Both the position numbers and the translations under genes were made by a program. A stretch of 64,000 nt of DNA from an uncultured bacterium (GTDB lineage Bacteria; Verrucomicrobiota; Verrucomicrobiia; Limisphaerales; UBA8199): positions 288,001 to 352,000 of the forward strand of contig CAVVMW010000008.1 of the NCBI GenBank assembly GCA_963749495.1, given 5' to 3'. Position 1 is the stretch's first letter; every line of letters begins with the position of its first letter. Below are positions 17,553-29,554 of this stretch, one piece after another. The notes under the pieces are model-generated. The model saw only the letters and a list, made by a program, of their open reading frames with translations, was not told the DNA's origin and ran no database searches.

Positions 17553-20500
17553 TGGAGCCTGCGCTCCTTTGACCGCCGATACCGGTCGAACAGCCAGCCC
17601 ACAAAATCTTCGGCAAACTCGGGGTTGTCGGTGACCTGCTTGTAGAACTTGAAATTGGAGTCGATCATCTCCTGGAGCCGGTCATTGACCACCTGGTTGA
17701 ACGTGAGCCGGACGTCCTCCGGTGGGTTCACCCGGATGCTGGCTTCCAGCGCAGGGTCGCCGGCGATGCGCTGCTCCAGTTGGCGGATAAACACCTTGTC
17801 CTCCTCGGTGAAGTCCGTACCAAATCGCTCGTTCAGTTCCTTGATGATTTGGGACAGCGGCTCCATCTCTTCCGGCGTGATGCCGCCGTCCTTTGGACCA
17901 ATCGGCTCCAACTCCTGGGTGCCCTTCGCCAGTTTGATTTTGCCGGTGCCCGTTTTCCTCAGCCGGAAGGCATCCAGGTCGATGTTCTGCTGCACCTCAA
18001 CGGGCAGCGGGTCACGGTTCACCGGCAGCAGCCGCCAGAGCAATTTGGCGAACACGTACAATTTCTCCAGGTCGGGGTCGGTGAACGCGATGATCTGGGA
18101 AAGAAAGGCGTACAGGCGCACGTAATCGATGACGCAACCACGGAAGTCGGATTGCGTGTCCACCGGCACGTCTTTGTAACGGTCAACGACCGGGGCCAGG
18201 GCTGCCGCGAGCTTGTCCTGGGTGCCTTTGGGGTCGAAGTAGATGGCGGCGAACTTCTCGACCTCAGCCTCCGTAAACAGGTGAAAGCCGTCGAGCTTGC
18301 TCTGGAGGTCGTAAAGCAGGTTCGGGTCCGTGGCCTCCTTCAACAGGGTGCGCTCGTAGTACGGCTGAAACGCCTTCTGGATTTCGTCCGGCTCGTTGGC
18401 AAAATCGAGCACCAGCGCCTGCTCCTTTTCCGGGTGAATCCGGTTGAGCCGGGAGAGCGTCTGCACGGCGTTAACGCCGCCGAGTTTCTTGTCCACGTAC
18501 ATGGTGTGGAGCAGCGGCTGATCGAAGCCGGTCTGGAATTTGTTCGCCACGACCAGCAGCCGAAACTCGTTCTGCTTGAACGTCTCCGCCGTGGCCGTCT
18601 CGGGAATCGATTGACCGGTGGAGGCCGTGTTCATGCCGCTCTCGGTGAAATCCACGCCGCCGTCCTTCACCGTGCCGGAGAAGGCGACCAGCGCCTTGAA
18701 GGCATAGCCCTTTTGCTTGAGGTAATCGTCCACCGCCAGCTTGAACCGGACGGCGTGAAGGCGTGACCTCGTGACAATCATGGCCTTGGCCTGGCCGGCA
18801 ATCCGCTGCATCACGTTGTTGCGGAAGTGCTCGACCATGATGGCGACTTTCTTGTCGATCGTGTGCTTGCTCAGCCCGACGAATGACTTCAGCAGGTACG
18901 TCGCCTTCTCCCGGTCGTAGCGCGGGTCGTCCTTGATCTTCTTCAGCAGCGCCCAATAGCTCTGGTACGTGGTGTAGTTCTCCAGGACATCCAGGATGAA
19001 CCTCTCCTCGATGGCCTGGCGCATCGAATACAGGCTGAACGGCTCGTACTTCCCGTCCGGGCGCTCCCGCCCGAAGAGCTCCAGCGTCTTGGCCTTCGGC
19101 GTGGCCGTGAAGGCGAAATAACTCACATTCGGCAGCCGCCCCCGCCGCTTCATCTCGGCCACGATCCGGTCTTCGAGGTCTTCCTCCTTGCCGCTGTCCT
19201 GTTTTTCCGCCTCGTCCAGGGACTTGGCGGCGAGTACGTCCTTGAGGCTCTTGGTGCTCTCGCCCGACTGGCTGGAATGGGCCTCGTCAATGATGACGGC
19301 GAAGCGCTTGCCCTTGAGCGCCCCCATCTCGTCGGCGATGACCGGGAACTTCTGGAGCGTGGTGACGATGATGGTCTTGCCGTCCTCCAGCGCCTGCTTT
19401 AACTGCCGGGAAGTCGTGTCGATGTTCTCCACCACGCCCAGGGTCTGCTCGAACTGCCGCACGGTGCGTTGGAGCTGCCGGTCCAGCACACGCCGGTCAG
19501 TGATCACAATGATCGAGTCGAACACCCGCTCATCCTTGATGTCGTGGAGCACGGACAACTGGTGCGCCAGCCAGGCGATGGTGTTGCTCTTGCCGCTGCC
19601 GGCGCTGTGCTGGACCAGGTAGGAATGCCCCACGCCAGCCGCCAGGGCCCCGCGACCAGGCGCCGAACGCAATCCAGTTGATGGTAGCGCGGGAACAGCA
19701 ATTGCAGCTCGCCGGTCCGGTTCCCTTTGTCATCTTCCAATTCAACGACGTGGATGAAGTGCTGGAGCAGGTTGAGCACGCTGTCCCGCGCCCAGACCTG
19801 CTCCCACAAGTACGCCGTGGAAAAGCCCTTCCAGGACGGGGGATTGCCGGCCCCCAGGTTATACCCCTGGTTAAAGGGCAGGAAAACCGTCCTGGGGCCG
19901 CGCAGGACGGTGGTGACATAGACCAGGGCAGGATCGACGGCAAAGTGCGCCAGACAGCGCCCAAACGCGAACAGCGGCTCTTTGGGGTCACGGTCCAGCC
20001 GGTACTGCCTTATGGCGTCCTGGACGTTCTGGCCCTTGAATGGGTTCTTCATCTCCGCCGTGAACAGCGGCAGGCCGTTCAGAAATATCACCAGGTCGAG
20101 GCTCTTTTCGTTCTTCTCGCTGTATTTCAACTGCCGGACACCGGTGAACTGGTTGGCCAGGTAAAGGTTCTGAGCCGAGTCATTGAGGCCGGACGACGGC
20201 TTGAAAAACACCAGCCGGAATTTGCAGCCGTTGGCCTTGATGCCCTTGCGCAGTACATGAAGCGTGCCGTGTTTTTGCACCTCCGAGCCCAGCCGCTTGA
20301 GCAGCGCCGGCTTGGCCTCGGCCCCGTGCTGCGCCTGCATCTTCTGCCACTCCCTGGGCTGCGTGGCGTAGATGAAGCCCAGGACTTCCTCCGGTATCAG
20401 GCAGAGCGCCGTGTCGTAATCAGCCGGTTCGCGGCGGCGGTAGCCGCCCGACAGGTACACGCCAGTCGCACCGTCCGCCAGCGCCGGCATATTCTGCGGG

Positions 20501-20580
20501 CCGCTCCTCAACGGATCATGCAACAGGCTCGCCTCGATGCTCGCCTCGAAATTCTTCTCCGATGTGTCCACGGGTGGCAT
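17549..20580 (-). CDS. hsdR: Type I restriction endonuclease subunit R, with a frameshift near 19650
   Basis: N-terminal DLVIFLNGLPLFTAEMKN; QHSAGSGKS; IIDEAHSSQ; FTATPK; KFQTGFDQP; QTLSRLNR. The frame break falls in a G run. Confidence 0.93.
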
Positions 20581-20601
20581 AGGCTTTTCTGAACAGGCGT
20601 T

Positions 20602-21933
20602 CTACACCATTTCACCCCTGACATCAATCTTGCCGGTGACGGCAGCGGAGACGAGCGCCGTGCGGTACTCCCGCAACCGCTCGATGCCGGTGCGGATTTT
20701 GGACATCAGGGCGTCCAGTTTGGCAGTTTCGCGGTCGAGGAAGTTGGCAATGGCGCGTTGCTCATTCAGCGGCGGTACGGCAACAATCGTGGCCTGCAAT
20801 TCTTCGGCATTCAAGTGCGGCTGCGCCGCACGGAGACAGCAAAAGCCGAACTGCAACTGGCGGACTTCTGGACTCAACAATTGCCATGCAAAGTATAGGC
20901 TGAACCCTTCCTTCACGGTGACTACCATGTCATAGCCGGAGATAGCTTCGTGGTATTGAGGCGGAATGATGGCAGAATCACCGGTATACGCCCCGCTCCG
21001 TACGACGATGATTTCACCGGCAGATAGTATTGCATCACGGCTCTCAGGAACCTGTGCGGGGTCAACTCGGAGCATGTCGGCTTCGAGGATTTTGCCGCTT
21101 TTGATGTTCGTCGCTCGAATCAGCGGTGGGCCGTCCAGCAGTTCTGGCGGCGGCTGGCCCAAGCCGTAGCGGATTTTAGCGTACCTCTTGAGAAGGCCAA
21201 CCTGCCAGTGGGCTGGAATCTGGCCGAGCCACGCTACACGGGAATCCTTGATGGGCGCGGCGGGGTTGAGGCCCTTGGTGACGGCGTGGCTGATCAGCGC
21301 CGCCCGCTTCTCTTGCAACAACGCAATCAGCCGCTCCTTCCTGGCGACCATCGCGTCAATCCTCGCCGTCTCCCGGTCGAGGAACCGTACGATAACGCTT
21401 TGCTCGTCGAGAGGCGGTATCGGCAGCAGCAAATTGGCGTACTTTTCCGCGCTGACGTTTTGAATTGTAGCCTGAATGAAAACGCTCGATAGCCATCCCC
21501 AGTAGGTTGCGGACCTAGCGAAATACGCGAGAAACTCAGGCCGTGCGAAGGCCGGATTGACTCTGCATCGGATTAGGTATCCCGCGTGACACGCTCTGCC
21601 CCAAGATTCCCGATACATGAAGGTCTTTCCCACGGTTGCTCCACTTCGAGCAAGAAGCAGGTCGCCTTGTTTGAGCAGAAACGGTCGCGCCACTTCCTCG
21701 GGCAAGGACTTGAACGTGTTGTCGTGCAATGTGCCGTCGTCCTTGATGTCGGTTATTCGGATGAAGCGGGGCAGGTTCGGGTCGTTGGTCTCAGCAGATT
21801 CGTTCGCTCCATACTTCAGTGGTTCCACGGCAACGAATTTGAGGCGCTTAGTTTGCCACTGCGCGGGGATTTCTCTCAGCCACTCCGTCCCGGAATCCTC
21901 GTATCTGGGATATGGTTGAAGGCGCCCGATCAT
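20602..21933 (-). CDS. hsdS: Type I R-M specificity subunit S
   Basis: PYPRYEDSGTEWLREIP; two TRD plus conserved-helix units (PPLDEQ/PPLNEQ, ALISHAVTKGL, ALVSAAVTGKIDV). Confidence 0.95.
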   Translation of the reverse strand: MIGRLQPYPRYEDSGTEWLREIPAQWQTKRLKFVAVEPLKYGANESAETNDPNLPRFIRITDIKDDGTLHDNTFKSLPEEVARPFLLKQGDLLLARSGATVGKTFMYRESWGRACHAGYLIRCRVNPAFARPEFLAYFARSATYWGWLSSVFIQATIQNVSAEKYANLLLPIPPLDEQSVIVRFLDRETARIDAMVARKERLIALLQEKRAALISHAVTKGLNPAAPIKDSRVAWLGQIPAHWQVGLLKRYAKIRYGLGQPPPELLDGPPLIRATNIKSGKILEADMLRVDPAQVPESRDAILSAGEIIVVRSGAYTGDSAIIPPQYHEAISGYDMVVTVKEGFSLYFAWQLLSPEVRQLQFGFCCLRAAQPHLNAEELQATIVAVPPLNEQRAIANFLDRETAKLDALMSKIRTGIERLREYRTALVSAAVTGKIDVRGEMV

Positions 21934-22730
21934 ATCACCAGTCCTGGCTGGAACTGTCTCGGAGGCCAGAAGACCCCCACCACGACCCAAGTGTTGTATG
22001 GGAAGACCGTGCCCATGAAAAAGCGGGTGTCTCGGTCGCGACGGCAAAGCTCGTCCAGGAACTTGTGCCGGACGCTCTCCGCCGCCTTTTTCTCGTCCCC
22101 TAACCGAGCCAACTCCTTCAGGTAGAGCACGCCCAATTCCCAGTCCTCGATCATGGCATTGTGCGGGGTCTGGTTGTCCTCGCACTCGAAGACGTAGCTG
22201 AATTTGAATGGGATTTTGGCCAGCGGTTTGGGCGGCGGGCCAAACAGCAGGAGTTGATTGTAGAGTTGCTGCCACTCCGGCTTCCACTCACGGTCGGCAT
22301 CCTCGATGGTGAGGTCGAGAACCCGTCTTGGGCGGACGATGCCGATGGAGGTCTTGTCCTGCGCGTGAAGCGCCTGAAGCTGGAGAACGGTTTGAACGGG
22401 CAACCGGTCAATGATCTCCCGACGGCTGCGCCAGGCGTCGCCGGTTTCCAGAGGCGCTCCGAGCAACCGGATGGAATCGAGGTCAGGCTTCCGGCTCTCC
22501 TTCCGGTTGTCGTTGCCGCTGCCTCGCGCCGCCAGTTCGACCTCAATCCACTGGTATTTTCTGAATTTCTGATTGTGGGGCCGGTAGCGATAATCCACCG
22601 GGTACAGGCGCACCCATTCGCCAGCCTCGGTCACGCCCGCCGTGCAAACCAGTTCTTGATGCCCACGGGATGGAAGCGGGTAGGTCATCACCGTGATCAG
22701 GACTTTGGTTTTCTGGCAGCCCTCCTTCAA
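21930..22730 (-). CDS. Conserved hypothetical protein, DUF488-associated (possibly OB-fold)
   Basis: ELVCTAGVTEAGEWVRLYPV, DNRKES, IEDWELG. GAGGAGG RBS before a TTG start. ATGA overlap with hsdS. Confidence 0.7.
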   Translation of the reverse strand: MKEGCQKTKVLITVMTYPLPSRGHQELVCTAGVTEAGEWVRLYPVDYRYRPHNQKFRKYQWIEVELAARGSGNDNRKESRKPDLDSIRLLGAPLETGDAWRSRREIIDRLPVQTVLQLQALHAQDKTSIGIVRPRRVLDLTIEDADREWKPEWQQLYNQLLLFGPPPKPLAKIPFKFSYVFECEDNQTPHNAMIEDWELGVLYLKELARLGDEKKAAESVRHKFLDELCRRDRDTRFFMGTVFPYNTWVVVGVFWPPRQFQPGLVI

Positions 22731-22739
22731 TCGTCCTCC

Positions 22740-23615
22740 TCATTTGGCAACCCGCAGGTCGCGAATTTCCAGCTCGGTGATTCTGGCGATCTGCTGGGCT
22801 AGGTGTGACCGGTGACAGCGGAGCGGCTGTTCCTCCTGGCAGACCAGCACGGACGGCACGCCGCTGACCCAACCGGCGATGCGCGTGATCGCCTCGGCTT
22901 GCTTCGGCAGCACCTCCTTGATGTAGCGGGCGAAAAGTCGGTCGTAATCGCCCTGCGTCGTGAGATCGCATCGCCAGTCGGATGGGATGCCGACCTCCGG
23001 CTCGTGACGGTATTCGATGTCGAGCCGTTCGCACAGTGAGGTCAGTGTGCTCTTGTGAAAGCCGTAGCGGCGGGAGACTGGATTGTGGCGCACGTCCACC
23101 AGGCGGCGGATGCCGGACTGGAGGAGGAGATTCAAGAACCCGTCCACTTGCATCCCTTCGTAGCCCGCCGTGTAAACGGCGCAGGCGGCAACAGGGCGCT
23201 TTACTTTGCGCCGTTCTGCCTGCTCGGCGTTCAGCGTGAACCACGGGAACCGGCGATACACAGTGTCGAGCAAGGCGGTCGTGGAAAGCTGGCCGTAGTT
23301 TTGCAAGCAGCGTTCGATGTCCCGCTCGATTGCCGGTTCACCGACACGCGGCGTGGGGAAGCTCGGTTTGCTGGCCTTCAGATCGGTGTCGCCGACCGCC
23401 GTCAATTCGCCCTGACGGATGAGAGCATCAAGTTCCTGGTATAGCGTGAACGAGAACGGCCCGAACTTGTAGGGCACGAATTGGTAGTGGGCTGTGGATA
23501 TTTGCGATCGGGCATCCTGGGCGAGAAGAAACAGCCACTTTACCAACTGGAGACGGGAGGCTTTGCCGCCCGCTAGTTGGATCAAGTTGATCAGGATTTT
23601 CTGGCGCAGCATCAT
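22740..23615 (-). CDS. DUF488 domain protein with an N-terminal SocA/Panacea-like helical domain
   Basis: N-terminal LQLVKWLFLL...FVPYKFGPFS; C-terminal YTAGYEG, LVDVRHNPVSRRYGF, LVCQE...CHRS. Confidence 0.8.
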   Translation of the reverse strand: MMLRQKILINLIQLAGGKASRLQLVKWLFLLAQDARSQISTAHYQFVPYKFGPFSFTLYQELDALIRQGELTAVGDTDLKASKPSFPTPRVGEPAIERDIERCLQNYGQLSTTALLDTVYRRFPWFTLNAEQAERRKVKRPVAACAVYTAGYEGMQVDGFLNLLLQSGIRRLVDVRHNPVSRRYGFHKSTLTSLCERLDIEYRHEPEVGIPSDWRCDLTTQGDYDRLFARYIKEVLPKQAEAITRIAGWVSGVPSVLVCQEEQPLRCHRSHLAQQIARITELEIRDLRVAK

Positions 23616-25651
23616 TCCGTGATTTCTTTCAGCATCGCGGCAATTTCGGCCTCCAGCGCCTTAATGTCACCCTCGATCTCAGCGAGAGGCCGGGGCGCCT
23701 GATACTTGTAGAAGTACCGGTTGAAGTTGATTTCGTAGCCCACCTTGCCGACCTCGCCGTCCTGATGGTCCCGGGTGCCGGTGTTGGTCCAGGCGTCGGG
23801 GACGTGCGGCTTGACTTCCCGCTCAAAGTAGGCGTGGATGTCTTCCAGGAGCGGCACGTTCTCCGTGTCGCGGAGTTCCGGGTCTGGCTCCTGGTTTCCA
23901 TCGGCATCCCGGCAGATTTTCGCCGTCTCGTCGCGCTCGGACAGGGCGCTGAAAATGGCTTTGCGTCCCGGCGCGCCGAGATTGAGGCCCGCGTGGTTAA
24001 GGGCGGACTCCAGGTCAGCCAGGAACGCTACGCGGTCTTTGTAGAGCGTAGCGGGCATCCTCTTCAGCGCGGCCAGGATGGCGGCCTGCTGCTTGCGCCC
24101 CTCGGCCTCCTCAGCCGCCCTGGCCTTGGCGTCCTTCTTTTTGCTGATGGAGAGGCCCTGGAAGGCGGTTTCGTGCTCCAGCCGCGCCAGGCGCTCTGTG
24201 CTGACATGGAAATTCAGCCGCAACGGGCGCTCGACGGTTATCTTCCGGTAGCCGAAATCGGTCGTGGAGAAAATCTTCGAGTGCTCGCCCGCCGTAAACG
24301 CGGTGTAGATGCCCGCAATCTGGGCGATCTGGTCGGGGGAAATCTCGTGCCGCTTATCGCCCAGGCTCTTGCGCATCGGCACCCAGCAACTGGAGGCGTC
24401 AATCAACTGGACCTTGCCCTTCCGGCGCTTCTCCTTGCGGTTGCTGAGCACCCAGACGTACGTGCTGATGCCCGTGTTGTAGAACAACTGGTCCGGCAGG
24501 GCGATGAGGGCCTCCAGCCAGTCGTTCTCCAATATCCAGCGCCGGATTTCGCTCTCCCCGCTGGCGGCGTCGCCCGTAAACAGGGGTGACCCGTTCATGA
24601 CGATGGCGACCCGCCCGCCGCCGTCCTGCGGATCTTTCATCCGGGAAAGCATGTGCTGGAGGAACAGGAGTTGGCCGTCGCTGATGCGTGGCAGGCCCGC
24701 GCCAAAGCGCCCGGCGTGACCACGGGCAGCCTCGGCCTCGACAGCGGCCTGGTCCATTTTCCACTCCTTGCCATAGGGCGGATTGGCGCACTGGTAATCG
24801 AAGCGGCGGTCGCCCAGTTGCCAGTTGGACAAGGTGCTGCCGTACTTGATGTTGTCCGCATCCCGCCCGTCCAGCGATTTCACGTACAGGTCTGCCTTGC
24901 AGAGGGCAAAAGTCTCCGGCTGCGACTCGTGGCCGAACAGGTGAACGTCGGCGTTGGGGTTGATCTCCTGGATTTGCTCCTTGGCGCTGGTGAGCATTCC
25001 GCCCGAGCCGGAGCACGGGTCGCAGACCGTGCGGATGATGTGCTTCTGCTTGAGGACCTCCTTGTCCACGACCAGGAGCAGCCGCCCCATCAGCCGGACG
25101 ACCTCGCGTGGGGTGAAGTGCTCGCCGGGGTTTTCATCCAGGGCCTCGTTGAACCGGCGCACCAACTCCTCGAAGATGTAGCCCATCTCGTGGTTGGACA
25201 CCTTGTCCGGGTGGAGGTCAACGGCGCTGCCGGCGAACCGCTCCATGACCAGGAACAGCAGGCCGTACTCGTCGAGCTTGGCGATGGTGTTGGGGAAGTC
25301 GAACTTGTCGAGGACTTCGCGCATGTTCTCCGAGAAGGCGTTGATGTAGGCGCGCAGGTTTGTCGCCAGGTTCGGGGCGTCGTCCAGCAGCTTCTCGAAG
25401 TCGTACTTGCTGGTGTTGTAAAAGGCGAAGCCGGACGCCTTGCGCAGTTGCGGGTCCAGGTTCTCCAGCCTCCCCTTCAACTTGCCGTGCGTCAAGAGGA
25501 CCCTTTCCTTGGTCGGGGCCAGGACGCAGTCGATGCGCCGGAGGACGGTAAAGGGCAGGATCACGTCCTGGTACTTGCCGCGCTTGAACCGGTCCCGGAG
25601 CAATTCTGCGATGGACCAGATGAAATTAACCTTTTCGCCGAAGTTGTTCAT
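23612..25651 (-). CDS. hsdM: Type I R-M methyltransferase subunit M
   Basis: FIWSIAELLR, GEHFTPREVV, DPCSGSGGML, ANPPYG, LFYNTGI, GYEINFNRYFY. Confidence 0.95.
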   Translation of the reverse strand: MNNFGEKVNFIWSIAELLRDRFKRGKYQDVILPFTVLRRIDCVLAPTKERVLLTHGKLKGRLENLDPQLRKASGFAFYNTSKYDFEKLLDDAPNLATNLRAYINAFSENMREVLDKFDFPNTIAKLDEYGLLFLVMERFAGSAVDLHPDKVSNHEMGYIFEELVRRFNEALDENPGEHFTPREVVRLMGRLLLVVDKEVLKQKHIIRTVCDPCSGSGGMLTSAKEQIQEINPNADVHLFGHESQPETFALCKADLYVKSLDGRDADNIKYGSTLSNWQLGDRRFDYQCANPPYGKEWKMDQAAVEAEAARGHAGRFGAGLPRISDGQLLFLQHMLSRMKDPQDGGGRVAIVMNGSPLFTGDAASGESEIRRWILENDWLEALIALPDQLFYNTGISTYVWVLSNRKEKRRKGKVQLIDASSCWVPMRKSLGDKRHEISPDQIAQIAGIYTAFTAGEHSKIFSTTDFGYRKITVERPLRLNFHVSTERLARLEHETAFQGLSISKKKDAKARAAEEAEGRKQQAAILAALKRMPATLYKDRVAFLADLESALNHAGLNLGAPGRKAIFSALSERDETAKICRDADGNQEPDPELRDTENVPLLEDIHAYFEREVKPHVPDAWTNTGTRDHQDGEVGKVGYEINFNRYFYKYQAPRPLAEIEGDIKALEAEIAAMLKEITE

Positions 25652-26254
25652 GGCCGTGGCCCAAATCCCCTGCCGAGCGGTATTTTGGCAACCAGCATGG
25701 GGACTTGCATACCGCATTTGCCGTGGATCGGCAACGGATTTCCCGGTGGGTGCTGATTTGACAGCAGTGGCCATTTGCCGGCGCAACTCGGCATCTCTCC
25801 GAAAAAGGGGTCACATACCAGGGTTCGCGGAGCCGGGACGGGGTCAGAACAAAGTCTTTCCAGGGTTTTCCGCCGCTGCGGCCGGCGCAGGGTTCACCCT
25901 GGCCACTTCGGCCGGACACCGGTCTCTTCCCCCCCTCGGCTTCAGCGCCTCCAGCTCCGGTGCCGGGATGCACCGCCGAAACACCTCCGCGAAATCGTCC
26001 TTCACGCACCCCCGGCCCACCTCCTCCTCTATCCGAAGCTCGATTTTACCGAGCTGGTATCGGCTTCCACTCTGTCAAACAAAAACCATGCCGGCAAGAA
26101 TCCCCCCATTTTACCGGCGCTGTAGTGCCTCGTTGCGGGTCGTGTTGCGGGGGCGACCTCAAGAATCCCCCGGTTCCATGCGCCTTGTAGCGCTGTAGCG
26201 GGTCTATACCCCCTGCCCCGTGGACCACCCGGTCAGAAGAACGGCTCCCCCTTA

Positions 26255-26414
26255 GGCGGTGGAAATAAATAAAGGCAGCAACCTGCCTTGTTCTTTTGGC
26301 GCCCAGCTTCGTTGTTCACTCGTTGCAGATCGCTGCGGATATGCGCCTCGTTCACGCCTCGCTGGGCGCCAAAATCCCGGCGGCATCTTGCCACCTTTAT
26401 TTATTTCCACCGCC
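26255..26414. mobile_element. 160-bp MITE with 21-bp terminal inverted repeats and TTA target duplication
   Basis: ggcggtggaaataaataaagg ... cctttatttatttccaccgcc; TTA at 26252-26254 and 26415-26417. Confidence 0.85.
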
Positions 26415-26499
26415 TTACCGCAAGGGATCGGAGCCAAGCGCATCGAGCAGTTGGACGCTGGAAACCGTGCGCATTGTTTGGTGATCAGCGAAGGTCCAG

Positions 26500-26640
26500 A
26501 CAATGTTTCCTTGGCGATGCGGCCCGAGGGCTCGACTTCCAGCAACCGCCCGCGGTTGCACTCGCCGATGAACGTATTGCCGTTGGTGAGGCGCTGGCAG
26601 GCATAGATTTCGCTCTCGGACTGGTAATCGAATCCTTGCG
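26500..26640 (-). pseudogene. Internal fragment of a beta-propeller gene
   Basis: FDYQSESEIYACQRLTNGNTFIGECNRGRLLEVEPSG, with no start and no continuation. Confidence 0.45.
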
Positions 26641-26649
26641 CATCATCTT

Positions 26650-29554
26650 TCACCTCGCGACCAGGCTGGCGCAGGACCGCCTCAATTCCAGCAATTCCCG
26701 CTCCTGCTGGTCGCTGAACGAGCCGAGCCGCTGCGCGTAGGTATCCATCCACGTCAGGAGCCTCTCACGGCTCTCGGCGTCGAGCGCCACGCCGTAATGG
26801 CCTGAGGCGGCGTTCAGCAACGCCAACAGCGCGCTGTTCTGAGCGATGCCCTGGCCGGGAACCGAGAAGCCGCGCCGGTAGCCTTCCTGCACCTGCTCCC
26901 GAAGGCTGGGTTTGCCGAAAGCGACGAGGCTGTCGTAGGCCCTGGCCGGGGTTAGATCGAGCCGGGCAGCCAACGCGTTGGTTGCGTGCGGCTGGTGGCA
27001 GCTCACGCAGCTCCAGTCAAGCACCGGTTGCACGAGCCGGTCGAAGCGCAGCGGCCAGGAGCCTTCCGGGCCGGCGGTAAGGCTCGAAGGCGCCCGCGCG
27101 AGGGCCAGCGGGGTTATTGCGGGCGGGGCCTGCTGGCGATGCTCGTGGCAGCCGATGCAGCCGAGCGTCTGGCCCGGCTGCACATACGTTACAGTGCGCA
27201 TGGTCTGGACCGCGGCGCCGCGGGAATCCAGCGCCTGGAAGAATACAATCACTCCCGCCGGGGCGCGGAAGTAAGCCGACCCATCAAGTTCCACCGGCAC
27301 GGTGCCCAGGACGCATTTGCCCGGGTCATCCTGGGTGATCCCCAGGCTCGGGTAGTTCATGGTCGGGTGCGTCTTTGCCGGAACGGCGACGAGGCGGAGG
27401 GACTTGACGGCGCCGCGTTGAACGCCGGGCAGGCCGCGATAAACATCGGCCAACAGGAAGGTGCCTTCCTTGGGGGCGCCACCGGCGAGTTGGCTGGCGA
27501 GGATGGGGGGCCGCTCGCGGGGGCGCACGGGGATTGGATCGCCGCAGGCAATGTCAGGGTCTGTCCAGAGTAGTTCACGAGTGCGCGTTGCGGCATCGTA
27601 TAGGTAAAGCGCCATGCCGTCATTGGGGCGTTGCACGGCATGCCAGCGGTCCCAACCCTTCGGGCCCGGGACCCGCGCGCCTTCGCAACCCCAGGCCACG
27701 AGGTAAAACCGCTCGCTCAGCGGCCAGGGATTGGCGTAGGAGGTGATCGGCCAGCCTTCGATTTCCGGGAACACCACCTCCGGGGTCAACCGGGTGATGG
27801 GCTGGGCGCCTTCCAGGCCGGCGCTCGGGTCCAGCAGCACGAGGCTGCCCATCGTTTGCGAATGATGGCCGCTGGCGGTGAAAACGATCTTGTGCGAGCC
27901 GGGGATCGGCTTGGCCTCGAAGGTGCAGTGGGGTGCCCGGGTGTAGTTCTTGTAAACCATGCGGGCGTTGGAGCCGTCGGGGTTGATCGCCCACAGGCCC
28001 ATGAACGGCATGTTGTCGCGGTCGATATAATCCCAGCGCGAGTAGAGGATGGTGCCGTCGTGGGCGATTTCCGGCGTCCACTCGAACATCTCGAACGGCG
28101 AAATCGCGCACAGGTCGGTGCCGTCGGCATTCATTGTGTGCAGCGTATAGACGGCCACGGGCCGTTCCGGGCCGCCGCCACAGCGCACGTAGCAATCCGG
28201 CAGGTCCGGCCGCGCGAGCGTCCTCGCCGCGCTCTCGCGGCCGGCCTGCAGCGACTGCCCGCGGCGCGTCGAAAGAAACACGATCCGGCCGTCCGGCAGG
28301 TAACGTCCGTCAAAATCGTCGTACTTGCCGCGGGTAAGCCGGCGCACGCCCGAGCCATCCAAGCTCATCTCGAAGAGGTGGTAAAACGCGTCTTCGGGCA
28401 CATTGGCTTTGTCGAGCTTGTTCGGCTCGCCAGCCAGACGCGGATAGTAGCGGCACCAGGCGAACAGGACCTTCGTGCCGTCGTAGGAGAGAGTCGGCCG
28501 GAGGAAGCTGCCGGGCTCGGTGAAGGACGTGGTGAGGCATTGCTCGGCGGGCGATGCGGTGGCGAACCCGTGCAGCAGGTAGATACCCCCGCCGGGCTTC
28601 GACCACCAGCCGTAGTATTGGTCGGACATGTGGTTGAAACTGGCTGGAACTCGCTTGGTGAAGAGCAGCGTGTCAAAGCCGCGGAGCAAAGGGTTCTGCA
28701 GCCCAAGCTCTCGCTCAAGACGGCGGGCGTCGATGAAAAGCGGCTGAGCGGACTGTCCAGCGGGGAGGCGGGCGAGCCTTTGGCCGAGGTCCTCGATGAG
28801 CCCGCTTACTGCGGGGCTGCCCATCGCGTCCGGCGAAGGGCTTCGACGCGGCTGGCCGGAGCTGGATTGCCGGACGAGCCGCTCACAAACGGCGAGCGTC
28901 TGCCGGGTGCGCGCAGCCCAGTCCGCTTCCGCGGGGGCCGTGTGTGCGAATGACCATTGGGAAACGCTGGACTGGTCTGCCGGTTGATGCAAGGCGAGGT
29001 TCTTGTTCGGGTCGGTGACGCCAAAGACCTCGACCTCATCCAGGTGAAGGAAAGTGGTGCCGGGCAGCGCGAGACGGACGAAGCGAGCCCTCTGCCCTTT
29101 AACCTCGATGACGAGCGGTTTGCTATCGGAGAAACCATAGAATGTCGTGCCGTCATGCTGATAGGCTTGGCGGAACTCCTTGCCGTCATCCGAGAGCAGC
29201 AGTTTGATGAATCGCGCGCGTTCGGCCGCCGCGGTGCGGTTCCAGAGGGTCACCCGGGCAATGGCCTGCGAGCGGCCCAGGTCCACCTGCCACCACGGCT
29301 CGGGGGTTCACCCGTGTGGAAACCCCACTCGCCATTCTTGATGCCGTCGCACCCGCCCGCGGCGTCGGCCTGGGTCGTGACCGGCCCCGATACGGTGCCG
29401 AGCGCGGCCACTTGCTCAGCCAGCACCCAATCGGCCTCGACGCGTTCCTGCCACGTGGCGGCAGATTGGGCTCGGACCAGCCCCCTCGCACAGGAGCCAC
29501 CGTGAAGAGGAAGGCAAGAGGCAGGATCAGAGCCAAATGAGATCGAGCGTTCAT
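26650..29554 (-). CDS. Secreted hydrazine-synthase alpha-like protein: F5/8 type C domain, beta-propeller, HZS-alpha middle domain and two CxxCH heme motifs; frameshifts near 29500 and 29295
   Basis: WWQVDLG, LSYDGTKVLFAW, YDDFDGRYLPDGRIVFLSTRR, YSRWDYID, LGTVPVELDGSAYFRAPA, FFQALD, CIGCH, CVSCH. Confidence 0.8.
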
